A model generated the notes under the pieces. That model saw nothing but the letters and a program-made list of their open reading frames with translations. It did not search any database and had not been told where the DNA came from. From Vicinamibacterales bacterium (lineage in GTDB: Bacteria; Acidobacteriota; Vicinamibacteria; Vicinamibacterales; CAVVIG01), in contig JBEBGG010000003.1 of the NCBI GenBank assembly GCA_040081555.1, forward strand, positions 628-64,627: a stretch of 64,000 nt of DNA. Direction: 5' to 3'. A program made the position numbers and the translations under genes. Shown here piece by piece: positions 20,017 through 31,654 of the stretch (its first letter is position 1; every line of letters starts with the position of its first letter).

Positions 20017-20044
20017 CGGGGGCGCGAAGAATTTCGCGCCCCCG
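20017..20044 (+). terminator. stem-loop downstream of the cytochrome c' gene (putative intrinsic terminator, no U-tract)
   Basis: Perfect 12-bp arms CGGGGGCGCGAA/TTCGCGCCCCCG with a 4-nt loop, 7 nt after the stop codon. Confidence 0.5.
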
Positions 20045-20198
20045 ATGCAATCGTGCTGTCCACCAACGGGGACGCCTGCCAACGTCCCCGTTGCCTTCCC
20101 GTTCGACTTGCCAATAAAAACGCGACCTGCCTTGGCAGGATAGTTGCCCACTCGTGACTGCGTGAGCCATCCGTGGCTCAACAACGGAGGCAACAAAC

Positions 20199-20858
20199 AT
20201 GGTTAACAGAGCGATTCTCTCCGCGAGTGCAGTGGCTCTCGTGCTTGGCACCACCGGATTCTCAGCAGAGGCCGCCCAGAGCGAAGGCCACGCTCGGTCG
20301 CGACGGGGTGGGGGCGAGTCTCGCGACTCGGACAGCCGCCGCGGCGACCGCCGGGACAATCACGACCGTCAGGACAACCGGCGCGGCTCCTCGGAGCGCG
20401 CGCAACGCGATGATCGCCGTGACGGTCACTTCCGACCGGAGCTGCGCGGTGACGACCGCCGCCACTTCGAGTTCCGCCGGGTGCCGCCCCGCCACTACTA
20501 CGGGCTCGGCGGGAACTTCCGCCCCTACTTCGGCCTTGGCTACGGCTACCGCTACGGCTCGCCCTACTCAGGCCGGGTCTACGGGTACGTGGATCGACCC
20601 GGTTACGGCCTGCGCCGCTACTACGGCGACGTTCGGCTGCTGGTACGGCCACGCGGCGCAGAGGTGTTTGTCGACGGCTACTACGCCGGCATCGTCGATG
20701 ACTTCGACGGCGTCTTTCAGCGACTGACGCTCGAAGCAGGCCCGCACAACATCGAGATCGCGGCGCCAGGCCTCGAGCCGCAGTTCTTCGACGTCTACGT
20801 AGACGCAGCGCGCACCGTGGAACTGCACGGCGATCTGCTCCGGGATCGACGCTACTAA
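20199..20858 (+). CDS. secreted protein with an Arg/Asp-rich and Tyr/Gly-rich low-complexity region and a C-terminal PEGA-like domain
   Basis: GGAGG RBS and a signal peptide. 'RSRRGGGESRDSDSRRGDRRDNHDRQDNRR', then 'YGYRYGSPYSGRVYGY'. C-terminus 'VRLLVRPRGAEVFVDGYYAG...NIEIAAPGLEP'. Confidence 0.6.
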   Translation: MVNRAILSASAVALVLGTTGFSAEAAQSEGHARSRRGGGESRDSDSRRGDRRDNHDRQDNRRGSSERAQRDDRRDGHFRPELRGDDRRHFEFRRVPPRHYYGLGGNFRPYFGLGYGYRYGSPYSGRVYGYVDRPGYGLRRYYGDVRLLVRPRGAEVFVDGYYAGIVDDFDGVFQRLTLEAGPHNIEIAAPGLEPQFFDVYVDAARTVELHGDLLRDRRY

Positions 20859-20897
20859 GGACCGGAGGGAGCGCATCGCGGAGCTTATGATCGCTCT

Positions 20898-21245
20898 GTG
20901 ATCAGCCTTCGCCGGCCGGTGCTCACTCGCCAGCGCGTGCGGCTCGCCTACGCCGTCGCGGTCACAGCAGACCTGCTGCAGCTTCTGCTGGGACCGCTCG
21001 GCTGGGCGGGCGCCGACCAACTCATCGACCTGGCGGCGATGGTGCTGACCTGGCGCATCATCGGGTTTCATCCGGTGCTGCTGCCAACCTTCGTACTGGA
21101 GTTTCTGCCGATCGTCGACTGGTTGCCAACCTGGACAGGGTGTGTGGCGGTCGTCGTCGCGCTACGCAAGCGAGAGCAGGCTGCGATGCCTCCGCCGGCT
21201 GGCCCGGGACCGTTCATTGATGTCAAACCGACCAGAGTTGAGTGA
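20898..21245 (+). CDS. small hypothetical membrane protein
   Basis: 115-aa ORF with 2-3 hydrophobic segments. No motif recognised. Confidence 0.4.
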   Translation: MISLRRPVLTRQRVRLAYAVAVTADLLQLLLGPLGWAGADQLIDLAAMVLTWRIIGFHPVLLPTFVLEFLPIVDWLPTWTGCVAVVVALRKREQAAMPPPAGPGPFIDVKPTRVE

Positions 21246-21289
21246 GCCCAACAGCGACTCGGTCAGTAAATCACCAAATCACCACATGA

Positions 21290-23050
21290 CTAACGCGCCC
21301 CCGGCGGTGGAATGCGCCGGTGGGTCGCCTGTTCGAAAGCGTAGGCCAGCGCGAGCAGTTGGGGTTCGCTGCACGCCGTGCCGGTGAAGCTCACACCGAA
21401 GGGCGCAGGAGCGGCGGCGAAGCCGTCCGGAAATGCGGGCGTCGGTTGGTTCGGCAGAAGCGCGAATGGAACGATCACCGTTGGGTAGCCTGGACGGGAG
21501 CCCATCACCGCAGCACCCGGGCCTGGGAACAACAACGCATCGAGACGGTGGGATTTCATCACGGCATCGATCCCTCGAGTCGCGGTCAGCTGCACATCAC
21601 GCGCGCGGTCGGCGTCGTAACGCGCTTTGTCTCGCTCAACATCCATCTCGTCTGAAATCTCGAGAAGCGACTGTCCGTACCTCAGTGAACCCGCCGGGCG
21701 ATGTGCTCGGTTCCACTCGATGAGCGCCGTGAGGCTCTTCACCGGCGCGCTGGCGCCAAGAGTCTCGAGCCACTGGTTGAAGTCGCGCTTCATGCCGTAC
21801 TTGAGGACGACCGAGCAACCGTCGTCTTGGCCGCGCGCTTCGTCAGCACCAGAACAACTGTTCCACTGGATGACGTTCTGTGCGGGATCAGGCTCAATCA
21901 CGCTCGGGAGATCGGCCGGGTCGACCACCACCGCGCCTCGCGCCTTGAGCACCGCAATCGCATCAGCCATGGCCCGGGCCTGGTCGGGACTCAAGCCGCC
22001 GCGTGGTCCATCGCCCAATGCGTCTGGCAAACGGTCGAAGAAATACGCACGAGGAATGCCAATGCGCGCGCCCTTGAGCGCATCCACCTTGAGATACGGC
22101 ACGTAGTCATTGGCAGGAGGCGGCATGCAGGTGCGCGTCGCCATGTCGTGAGGGTCGGGCTGACGCCCCTCGAGCGCGCCCAGCATGATGGCCACGTCCG
22201 TCACGCTCCTCGCCATCGGCCCAGGCGTGTCCTGATCGGCCGTGATCGGAATCACGCCATACCGGCTGATGCGCCCGACCGTGGGCTTCACCGCGGCCAG
22301 CATGTTCTGGTTCGACGGACTCAGAATCGACCCGGAGGTTTCAGTGCCGACGTTGCCAGCCCAGAGGCTCGCGGCGGTCCCGCTGCCGGAGCTGGACCCG
22401 CCGGTCGAGAGGGCTGGCCGGCCGTCAAACGTGGCGTCGCGCGGATCGCGCCGCGGGTCGTAGGGATTGAAACCGAAGCCGCCCACCGCGTTGTAGTTGC
22501 TCGGCATGGGCGTCGGCGCACCGGCCACCCAGTTGGCGAGCTCGGTCATACCGGTCTTGGCGATGATGATCGCGCCAGACGCTTTGAGATTGGTGACGAG
22601 CGTCGCTTCGTAGGGCGGCGTGAAGCCCGCAAACGCCAGCGCACCGCCGGTGGTCGGCATGTTGGTCGTCTGGATGTTGTCCTTCACCGCGATGGGAATG
22701 CCGTGGAGCGGCCCTCTGACGTGGTGCTGACGCCGCTCACGATCGCGCTCCGCCGCTTCCTTCAGCGCGTCACGGTTCACGTAGAGCGTGGCATGCAGCG
22801 TCGATTCGTAGGTGCCGATCCTGGCGAGAGACTGCGTCACGAGTTCGACCGAGGTGACGCGCTTCTGCTCGAGCGCGCGGCGCATCTCGGGAATCGTCGC
22901 CTCAACCACCGTGAATGGCCGCTTGGCAGCGTCAAGCGTGAGCGTGGCGACGGCAACCACAGCCACGAGCACGGCAGTCACGGTCGGCAGCTTCAAGATC
23001 CGGTTCCGTGACGTCGTGTTTTCTGGGCGCATCCGGTCCGCGAAAATCAT
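21290..23050 (-). CDS. amidase (amidase-signature family), secreted or membrane-anchored
   Basis: 'IAVKDNI' with the catalytic Lys, and 'GGSSSGSGTA', the AS-family Ser-cisSer-Lys signature. N-terminal hydrophobic anchor. Confidence 0.85.
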   Translation of the reverse strand: MIFADRMRPENTTSRNRILKLPTVTAVLVAVVAVATLTLDAAKRPFTVVEATIPEMRRALEQKRVTSVELVTQSLARIGTYESTLHATLYVNRDALKEAAERDRERRQHHVRGPLHGIPIAVKDNIQTTNMPTTGGALAFAGFTPPYEATLVTNLKASGAIIIAKTGMTELANWVAGAPTPMPSNYNAVGGFGFNPYDPRRDPRDATFDGRPALSTGGSSSGSGTAASLWAGNVGTETSGSILSPSNQNMLAAVKPTVGRISRYGVIPITADQDTPGPMARSVTDVAIMLGALEGRQPDPHDMATRTCMPPPANDYVPYLKVDALKGARIGIPRAYFFDRLPDALGDGPRGGLSPDQARAMADAIAVLKARGAVVVDPADLPSVIEPDPAQNVIQWNSCSGADEARGQDDGCSVVLKYGMKRDFNQWLETLGASAPVKSLTALIEWNRAHRPAGSLRYGQSLLEISDEMDVERDKARYDADRARDVQLTATRGIDAVMKSHRLDALLFPGPGAAVMGSRPGYPTVIVPFALLPNQPTPAFPDGFAAAPAPFGVSFTGTACSEPQLLALAYAFEQATHRRIPPPGAR

Positions 23051-23143
23051 AGTGCACGCGCCGCCGCCGGCAGGAAACCGGTGGCCGCAATTTTCGGATG
23101 GGCCCCTTCGCTCCCGTCCCGCCGAGTCCGGTAAGATGCACCC

Positions 23144-24439
23144 ATGCGCACGAAGCTTGCTGGCCTCATGGTCACGCTCCTTGCAACCCTCGCGTCAGCC
23201 CAACAGCCGGCGCGCGCGCCGCAACCCCCTGCCCGCACCACGGGGCAGACGCCGCCGCGTACCGGCGCAGGCGCGCTGCCTCCGCTGGTCTACATCTGCC
23301 CGATGCCGGAAGACTCGGAAGTCATTGAAGACAAGCCGGGCAAGTGTCCGAAGTGCCGCATGGCCCTGGTGGCGGTCCGGCTCGACTCGAAGTTCTGGTG
23401 CCCCATCCATCAAACCGTGGTCGTGCGAGACCAGGCGGGCAAGTGCCCGCGCGACGGCAGGGACCTCGTCCCGGTGACGCTCTCTGAGTCGTGGAGCTGC
23501 GCAGACAAGCCAGACACCAAGCTGCTCGAACCAGGGCGCTGCGCCGACGGCAAGGCCCGCACCATCAAGTACGAGCTCGCGGCCCACGGCGATCACAACC
23601 CGAAGCACGGCGGCCAGTTCTTCATGGCGGCGGATCGGTGGCACCACCTCGAAGGCACCTACCCGACGCTCGGCCTGGTACGCCTGCACTTGTACGACAA
23701 CTTCACCAGGCCGATGTCGCCCAAGGGGGTTACCGGCACGCTGCTATTGCTCGACCAGATGAACAAAGAGGTGGCGGCGTATCCCTTGGTGGCGGCCCGC
23801 GACAATCGAACGATGACGGCCAAGATTCCGGCGGCAAGAGCAGCGCTTCCGCTGAACGCGGCCGTGAAGATCAAGTTCAAGCCGACCGAGCCGGAGAACT
23901 TCTTCAACTTCCCGTTCTCGAAGTTCTCGATTGAACCCCCTGCCGCACCAGCGGCGAAGGCGCCCAAGCCTGCCGCGGGGTCCACGCCGGGCATGCCCGG
24001 AACGCCCGCAGCCTCAGCGCCAGCGGCCCCACCTGCCGCCGCCGCACAGGAGCCGGTGATGCTCGACCGTCCGCTGCAAGTGCCACCAGGCCTCGCCGAA
24101 GCGACGGACGAAACCAGGCTCCCCAAGAACGTCGCGGGCCTGGTGGCCGAACTCAACACGCGCGCCACCGATGTCGGCAAGCTTGTCGCCGCCGGTGAAC
24201 TCGCGCAGGTCTGGCTGCCGGCCATTGGCACCAAGACCGTGGCACTGGTGCTCGACGCGCACACGCCGTCGCTGCCCGAACGTCAACGCGCCTCGGCCAG
24301 CGCCGCCGTCAAGCAGATCGTCATGGCCTCGTGGGACATCGACAACTACGGCGATCTCGGCAACGGCACGAAGGTCACCGCGGCCTACCAGCGGCTCACC
24401 GCCGCGGTTCAGAGTCTCAACGCTCTCTATGCGCCCTAG
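23144..24439 (+). CDS. heavy-metal-binding-domain (HMBD) protein, secreted
   Basis: Signal peptide. 'YICPMPEDSEVIEDKPGKCPKCRMAL' plus a second degenerate copy 'WCPIHQTVVVRDQAGKCPRDGRDL'. Ala/Pro-rich linker. Confidence 0.7.
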   Translation: MRTKLAGLMVTLLATLASAQQPARAPQPPARTTGQTPPRTGAGALPPLVYICPMPEDSEVIEDKPGKCPKCRMALVAVRLDSKFWCPIHQTVVVRDQAGKCPRDGRDLVPVTLSESWSCADKPDTKLLEPGRCADGKARTIKYELAAHGDHNPKHGGQFFMAADRWHHLEGTYPTLGLVRLHLYDNFTRPMSPKGVTGTLLLLDQMNKEVAAYPLVAARDNRTMTAKIPAARAALPLNAAVKIKFKPTEPENFFNFPFSKFSIEPPAAPAAKAPKPAAGSTPGMPGTPAASAPAAPPAAAAQEPVMLDRPLQVPPGLAEATDETRLPKNVAGLVAELNTRATDVGKLVAAGELAQVWLPAIGTKTVALVLDAHTPSLPERQRASASAAVKQIVMASWDIDNYGDLGNGTKVTAAYQRLTAAVQSLNALYAP

Positions 24440-25577
24440 CGTCGTTCGCACGGCGCTCTCGCTCACTGTCGTCGCCCTGGTCATGTCCATCGCGTCCACT
24501 CGCACCGACGCGCACAAGGGCGTCACGTCGAAGTACACCTACAACGACGATGTCTATCCGATCCTGAAAGCAAAGTGCGGCCGGTGCCACGCCGACAACG
24601 GGCCGACGCCCATGTCTTTACTCACCTATCAGGAGGGTGGCGGCGCGGTCGCCTGGGCGCAGTCGATTCGCGAGATGCTGATGGCAGAGGCCATGCCGCC
24701 GTGGCACGTGGACCCGACCGGCCCCGCGGTGAAGAACAGTCATTCGATCACCCCGCACGAGATGGACATCCTCATCACGTGGGCCTCGGGCGGCACGCCA
24801 CAGGGCGATCAGCTCAAGAAGCCCGGCCCCTCGCAGGTCGTCTCACAGTGGTCGCTCGGCACACCGGACGCGACGCTGGCGCTCACCGAGTACGCGCTGC
24901 CGGTGGGCACGATGGAAGCCAGCACCGACATGACGGTGGCCACCAACTTCACCGAAGCCAAGTGGGTGAAGGCGGTGGACCTGCTGCCGGGGACGCCCTC
25001 ACTCGTCCGTCAGGCCACCATTGCCATTGACGGCGGGCAGACGCTCGCCGTGTGGGAGCCGGCCGACGATGCGGTAACCGCGCCGGGGGGGACGGCGTTC
25101 AAGATTCCTGCGGGCGCCAAGCTGAAGGTACACATTCGTTACAAGAAGGGCTGGCAGGACGAGCAGTCGGCCAAGGCAGACAAGAGCACCATCGCCTTCT
25201 ACTTCACCGACGAGCCGCTCTCAGGCAAGGAGATCGAAGCCTTTGCCGTAGAGCCGCCCGCGGGTGAAGCGCCGCCGCGTTTCAGCCGCACCTTGCCAAC
25301 TGGCGGCCGCGTGCTCGCCATCCGTCCGCAGGTGGATCGCGCCTACGCCGCGGTGGAGATCAACGCCGTGGCCGCCTCAGGGCGGAAGGTGCCGCTACTG
25401 AAACTGCGCGGTGTGCGTCCCGAGTGGCCGCGCCGCTACTGGCTCGCCGATCCGGTGGAGCTCCCCAAGGGCACGACCATCGAAGTCAGCACCACACCGG
25501 GCGACGAAGACACCGGCCCTCTTGGTCCGGCCGTCAAGAGCCCGTTGCAGTTCTCGCTCGACCTGGTCGCGCAGTAG
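24429..25577 (+). CDS. secreted protein with an N-terminal CxxCH (PSCyt1-like cytochrome c) motif
   Basis: ATG 24429 overlaps the upstream stop. Signal peptide, then 'YPILKAKCGRCHADNGPTPMSLLTY' and 'MPPWHVDP'. The longer ORF from 24171 is an out-of-frame extension over the upstream gene. Confidence 0.6.
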   Translation: MRPSVVRTALSLTVVALVMSIASTRTDAHKGVTSKYTYNDDVYPILKAKCGRCHADNGPTPMSLLTYQEGGGAVAWAQSIREMLMAEAMPPWHVDPTGPAVKNSHSITPHEMDILITWASGGTPQGDQLKKPGPSQVVSQWSLGTPDATLALTEYALPVGTMEASTDMTVATNFTEAKWVKAVDLLPGTPSLVRQATIAIDGGQTLAVWEPADDAVTAPGGTAFKIPAGAKLKVHIRYKKGWQDEQSAKADKSTIAFYFTDEPLSGKEIEAFAVEPPAGEAPPRFSRTLPTGGRVLAIRPQVDRAYAAVEINAVAASGRKVPLLKLRGVRPEWPRRYWLADPVELPKGTTIEVSTTPGDEDTGPLGPAVKSPLQFSLDLVAQ

Positions 25578-25591
25578 ACGCGCTGCAGGTT

Positions 25592-27937
25592 CTAGAACCC
25601 GACGGTCGCGCTCACGCGGACAGAGCGTGGCACTGCGGGATGGAAGTGGATATCGTCCACCCCGGCGAGTGGCTCCCCTTGCAGCCTCGATGTGAAGAAG
25701 TAGTCGATGTCGCTCACCTGAGCATCGAACAGGTTGAATACGTCGGACACGATACGCAAGTGTGGCGACACCTGGTAGCCCGCCTGCATGTTGACGAGCC
25801 TGGTCGCCTGGGATCGCACCGAATCGTCTTCAATCAACGCACGCGGGCCGAAGTAGCGCACGCGAATGCTGCCGAACATGCGCTTGTAGCCGTCCACACT
25901 CGCCCCTGCGGACACCACTCTGCCCACGGCCTCCGGCACATGCGCTTGGGCGGGATCAGCGCCGAGAAACCGCGCCTGCGACAGGGACAGATCGGCATCA
26001 AACACCAGCCACCTGGTCGGGCTGTAGTAATTGGCGATTTCGACACCGTGACGCGCGCTGGCTGGCCCAGGCTCAGTGGCGCCAACATCGCCGTTGTAGA
26101 CCAGCTCCGACCCGAGCCGCAACATCCACAGCGACACGGTGCTCTGCAAATGCGGCACCGCGACGCTGCGCACGCCGACCTCCGCGCCCCACGCCCGTAC
26201 CAGCGGCGTCACACGGTCGACCGGCGCGCCACTTGGATCGCGCGTGATGGTGGTGCCCAGCGCGTTATTGCTGTGAAACCCTGAGCCGGCGTTGGCGTAG
26301 AACTCGGTCGCGTGCCAAGGCCCGATGGTGGCGCCCGCCTTCGGACTCACGACACCAGCCGACGATGAGCCACTGTTCTCAGGGTCGAGGGCGTCGACGT
26401 TGAAATGCGCCCCATCCACCCGTAACCCCATCGTCGTTCGAAGTTTCGACCCCCATTCAATGTCATTCTGGCCAAAGGCGCCAGCGCTCATGACGTCGGC
26501 GGAGGACTTCGTGCGGGTGTCGAGGCGCACACGGCGCTCGGTGTGATAGAGCGCCACCTCCGGGATGTTGTCGTTGCGCAGCTGCACTCCAAAGACGTTC
26601 TGCACGGAACGTCCGGCCCAGCGGCCGACGCGGCGCTGAGACATCTTCACGCCGGTGACGAAGCGGTGGTCCACCTGCTCCTGCTGGTCGCCCCGGATCG
26701 GATCGTCGAGATAGAAGGTGAAGTTGGAAATCAGGTCGAGGTTGTAGGCGATGCCGAATGCACTGATCTTGGTGACCGCATTGTTACTGCCGCGCTGCCA
26801 TTCGCCAGCCACGCTGTACCTGTAGGTATTGCCGCCATCGGAGCCATCGACGGTACCGAAGCGACCGATGAGGCCAGACGTCACCGCACGCAGCGGCGAG
26901 GCCTCAGTGGCGTTCCACTCGCCGCGGTAACCCATGGCCGTGAGTGAGACGCCGTTGACGGCGTCGCCCTTACTGAAGCGCAGCACGCCGTTAAACTTCT
27001 GATACGAGTCCGGCACGCTCCACGGCCCGGTGTTGTTGGACACCTCGAACGCGCCAAGGAGATGGCCGCCCGCCAGCGCCGGCGAGGCGGCAGCAAACAC
27101 TCGCGAGAATCCGTAGCTGCCAAATTCCGCCGTCACCAGCTTGCGATCGAGTTCGGTGGCATAGGTGATGTTCGACGCACCGGCCGTCGCAAAGTCTCCC
27201 TGCTCGGCGTAGTAGGGTCCCTTCGAAAACTGCACGCCAGCCACGAGTTCCGGGATGAGGAAGTTGATGTCCGAGTAGCCCTGGCTGTGGGCATGCGTCG
27301 GCATGTTCACCGGCGTGCCCGCCACCGTCATCGCAAAATCGCTGCCGTGGTCCAGATTGAAGCCGCGAAGGAAATACTGGTTCGCCTTTCCCTCTCCACT
27401 GTGCTGCGTGATGATCACGCCCGGCACGGTCTCGAGTACTTCACCGGCGCGCATCACCGGGCGCACCTCCAGCTGACGCGCGGTAATGGCGCCCTGGCTC
27501 GCGGACTGGGCAATGCCCACCAGGTTCTCGGCCGGATTCTCGGCGTCTGCAAGATTCACGAACAATCTCTTGCCGGTCACGACGACGTCGGCGTTCATCG
27601 ACAGCGAGAGCGTGCCGTCCACCGTCAACGCCTGTCCGACGGCGAGCACCAGGTTGCGGCGCACCTGCTCACTGAAATTCGGGAGGCGAAAGCTCAAGTC
27701 GTAGGTGCCCGGCGACAGCTGATCGAAGCGGTAGCTACCAGTGCTGTCGGACGCAGTCACCTGCGTGGCGGCGCCAGACGTGGCAAGCTCGACGGTCACC
27801 CCTGGCAGCGCGCCGCCAGTCTGATCCTTGACCGTTCCAGCAAACGACGCGGTGCCTTGAGCGATGGCCGGAGCGGCGGATGCGGCCAGAAGCACAACGG
27901 CGAGCCACGCCACGACGGCAGACAGGCGATTCATCAC
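25592..27937 (-). CDS. TonB-dependent receptor with carboxypeptidase-regulatory-like N-domain
   Basis: Signal peptide. 'GTVKDQTGGALPGVTVEL' (CarbopepD_reg). Plug 'EVLETVPGVIITQHSGEGKANQYFLRGF'. The C-terminal residue is F. Confidence 0.8.
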   Translation of the reverse strand: MMNRLSAVVAWLAVVLLAASAAPAIAQGTASFAGTVKDQTGGALPGVTVELATSGAATQVTASDSTGSYRFDQLSPGTYDLSFRLPNFSEQVRRNLVLAVGQALTVDGTLSLSMNADVVVTGKRLFVNLADAENPAENLVGIAQSASQGAITARQLEVRPVMRAGEVLETVPGVIITQHSGEGKANQYFLRGFNLDHGSDFAMTVAGTPVNMPTHAHSQGYSDINFLIPELVAGVQFSKGPYYAEQGDFATAGASNITYATELDRKLVTAEFGSYGFSRVFAAASPALAGGHLLGAFEVSNNTGPWSVPDSYQKFNGVLRFSKGDAVNGVSLTAMGYRGEWNATEASPLRAVTSGLIGRFGTVDGSDGGNTYRYSVAGEWQRGSNNAVTKISAFGIAYNLDLISNFTFYLDDPIRGDQQEQVDHRFVTGVKMSQRRVGRWAGRSVQNVFGVQLRNDNIPEVALYHTERRVRLDTRTKSSADVMSAGAFGQNDIEWGSKLRTTMGLRVDGAHFNVDALDPENSGSSSAGVVSPKAGATIGPWHATEFYANAGSGFHSNNALGTTITRDPSGAPVDRVTPLVRAWGAEVGVRSVAVPHLQSTVSLWMLRLGSELVYNGDVGATEPGPASARHGVEIANYYSPTRWLVFDADLSLSQARFLGADPAQAHVPEAVGRVVSAGASVDGYKRMFGSIRVRYFGPRALIEDDSVRSQATRLVNMQAGYQVSPHLRIVSDVFNLFDAQVSDIDYFFTSRLQGEPLAGVDDIHFHPAVPRSVRVSATVGF

Positions 27938-28032
27938 TACTAATTATGAAACCCTGGGACCGGCGCGAGCCTGACAAGTTCCTGACAACTGCCTGAAGGC
28001 ACGTCGCCGGCTTCATCCGCACCAGGCGAACG

Positions 28033-29771
28033 CTACTGGCTGACCCGTAGCCAGCGGAACTCAGACGGAGCGAGCGTGACAACGTCGCCGTCGAGTGTGA
28101 GGGTGCCCGCCTCCCCGCCTGCGACGAGAGGGCGAAGACTGGCCCCGGCCAGTTCCGTCGGCAGGCGGACTTCGCACGTGCGGGGCTGCAGCGAGAGATT
28201 GGCCACGACCAGCACCGTCTCGCGCTGGTAGCGTCGCAAGAACGCCAGCACCTCACCGCCACCCACCGTGAGGAACTCGATCGTGCCTCGGCCAAAGACC
28301 TGACTCTGCGCGCGAGCCGCGATCAGGCGGCGCAACCGCCAGAGCATCGACTGCTGGTCGCTCTCCTGCGCGTCGACATTCACCTCCGCACCACCGAACA
28401 CGGCGTCGTCGATGACAGGCTGCGTCAGCGGGCCCACGGTCTCCGAGAATCCGGCATTCAGTCCGGCGGTCCACTGCATGGGCGTACGAACGCCGTCGCG
28501 ATCATTCAGCCCCACGTTGTCACCCATCGCCAACTCATCACCGTAGTAGATCACGGGCGAGCCCGGCAGAGACAACAGCAACGAGAACGCCAGCATGATC
28601 CGCGCGGGGTCGTTGTCAAGCAGTGGCGCCAGTCGCCGACGGATGCCGAGGTTCAGCCGCATTCTCGGCTCAGGTGCATAGAGCGCGAACATCAGCCGCC
28701 GCTCGTCATCGGTCAGCGCTGAGATCGTCAACTCGTCGTGATTCCGGAGGAACAGCGCCCACTGTGCTGTTGGTGGAATCTCGCCGGTGCTCCTCACGAT
28801 CGACACGATCGGGCTCGCGTCTTCGCGCTTGAGCGCCAGGAACAGCCGCGGCATCAGCGGAAACTGGAACGCCATGTGGCACTCATCGCCCTGCCCGAAG
28901 TACTCGCAAGTGACGGCAGGGGCCTGGTCGGCTTCGGCCAGAAGGACGCGATGGGTATAGCGCCGGTCCATCTCGGTGCGAATTTCGCGGAGAAAGGCGT
29001 GGGTCTCGGGAAGGTTCTCGCACGATGTGCCCTCTCGCTCGTAGAGGTGCGCCACGGCATCGAGACGCAAACCATCCACGCCCTTGTCGAGCCAGAACCG
29101 CATCACCTTCAGAACGGCACGCCGCACCTTCGGATTGTCAAAGTTCAGATCCGGCTGGTGGCTGAAGAAGCGATGCCAGTAATACGCTTTGGCGATCGGA
29201 TCCCAGGTCCAGTTTGACGGCTCCACGTCATTGAAGATCACACGAGCGTCGCGATAGCGGTCGGGTGTCACACTCCAGACGTAGTAATCGCGCTTGGGCG
29301 ATCCCTCGGGCGCGAGTCGCGACGCCTGAAACCATGGGTGCTGGTCTGACGTGTGATTGATGACCAGTTCGGTGAACACCTGCAGGCCAAGCCGATGCGC
29401 TTCGGCCAGACAGCACCTGAAGTCATCCATGGTGCCGTAGCGCGCATCAATACGCTCGTAATGCGCAATGTCATAACCGTCGTCCTTGAGCGGCGATTCG
29501 TAGAACGGCAGCAGCCAGATGGCGTTCACGCCAAGTCGGCGCACGTAGTCGAGACGGCTGGTCAGCCCCCGAAAGTCGCCGATGCCGTCGCCGTTGCTGT
29601 CGCAGAAAGTGCGGACGTGCACCTGGTAGATGACGGCATCCTTGTACCAAAGCGGATCGATCGCGCTGCCCGCAGCCGGCGCGGTCCGCCGTCGCGCGCC
29701 GCGACGTCCAGGTGAAGGATGGGCGGCCAAGCGCTGGAGTGCGGGCCGACCCCGCCCCGAGAGCAGATGGG

Positions 29772-29775
<4 letters not shown>
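28033..29775 (-). CDS. treS: trehalose synthase / maltose alpha-D-glucosyltransferase (GH13)
   Basis: 'DPLWYKDAVIYQVHVRTFCDSNGDGIGDFRGLTSRLDYVRRLGVNAIWLLPFYESPLKDDGYDI', 'GVDGLRLDAV', 'FLRNHDELT'. Confidence 0.85.
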
Positions 29776-31505
<1,730 letters not shown>

Positions 31506-31654
31506 GGGGCATTCCGGCTGAGGGGCTCTATTTCATTGGGAAAGTCATGCTCATTCCGGGCGCCGTGTATGGATCCGCTGCACGAGGTCGTGTGGGCGTT
31601 GAGTAGGCTACCCGAGTAGGCTACCGGAGTCGACACCGGTGTGGATATTTCTGA

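Noticed and set aside
23100-23143. Possible -10-like hexamers very close to start codons (TAAGAT before 23144, TATCAT before 10744), hinting at leaderless transcripts.
   Set aside because: Single hexamer matches are expected by chance. The promoter consensus for this lineage is unknown, and there are no supporting -35 elements or transcript data.
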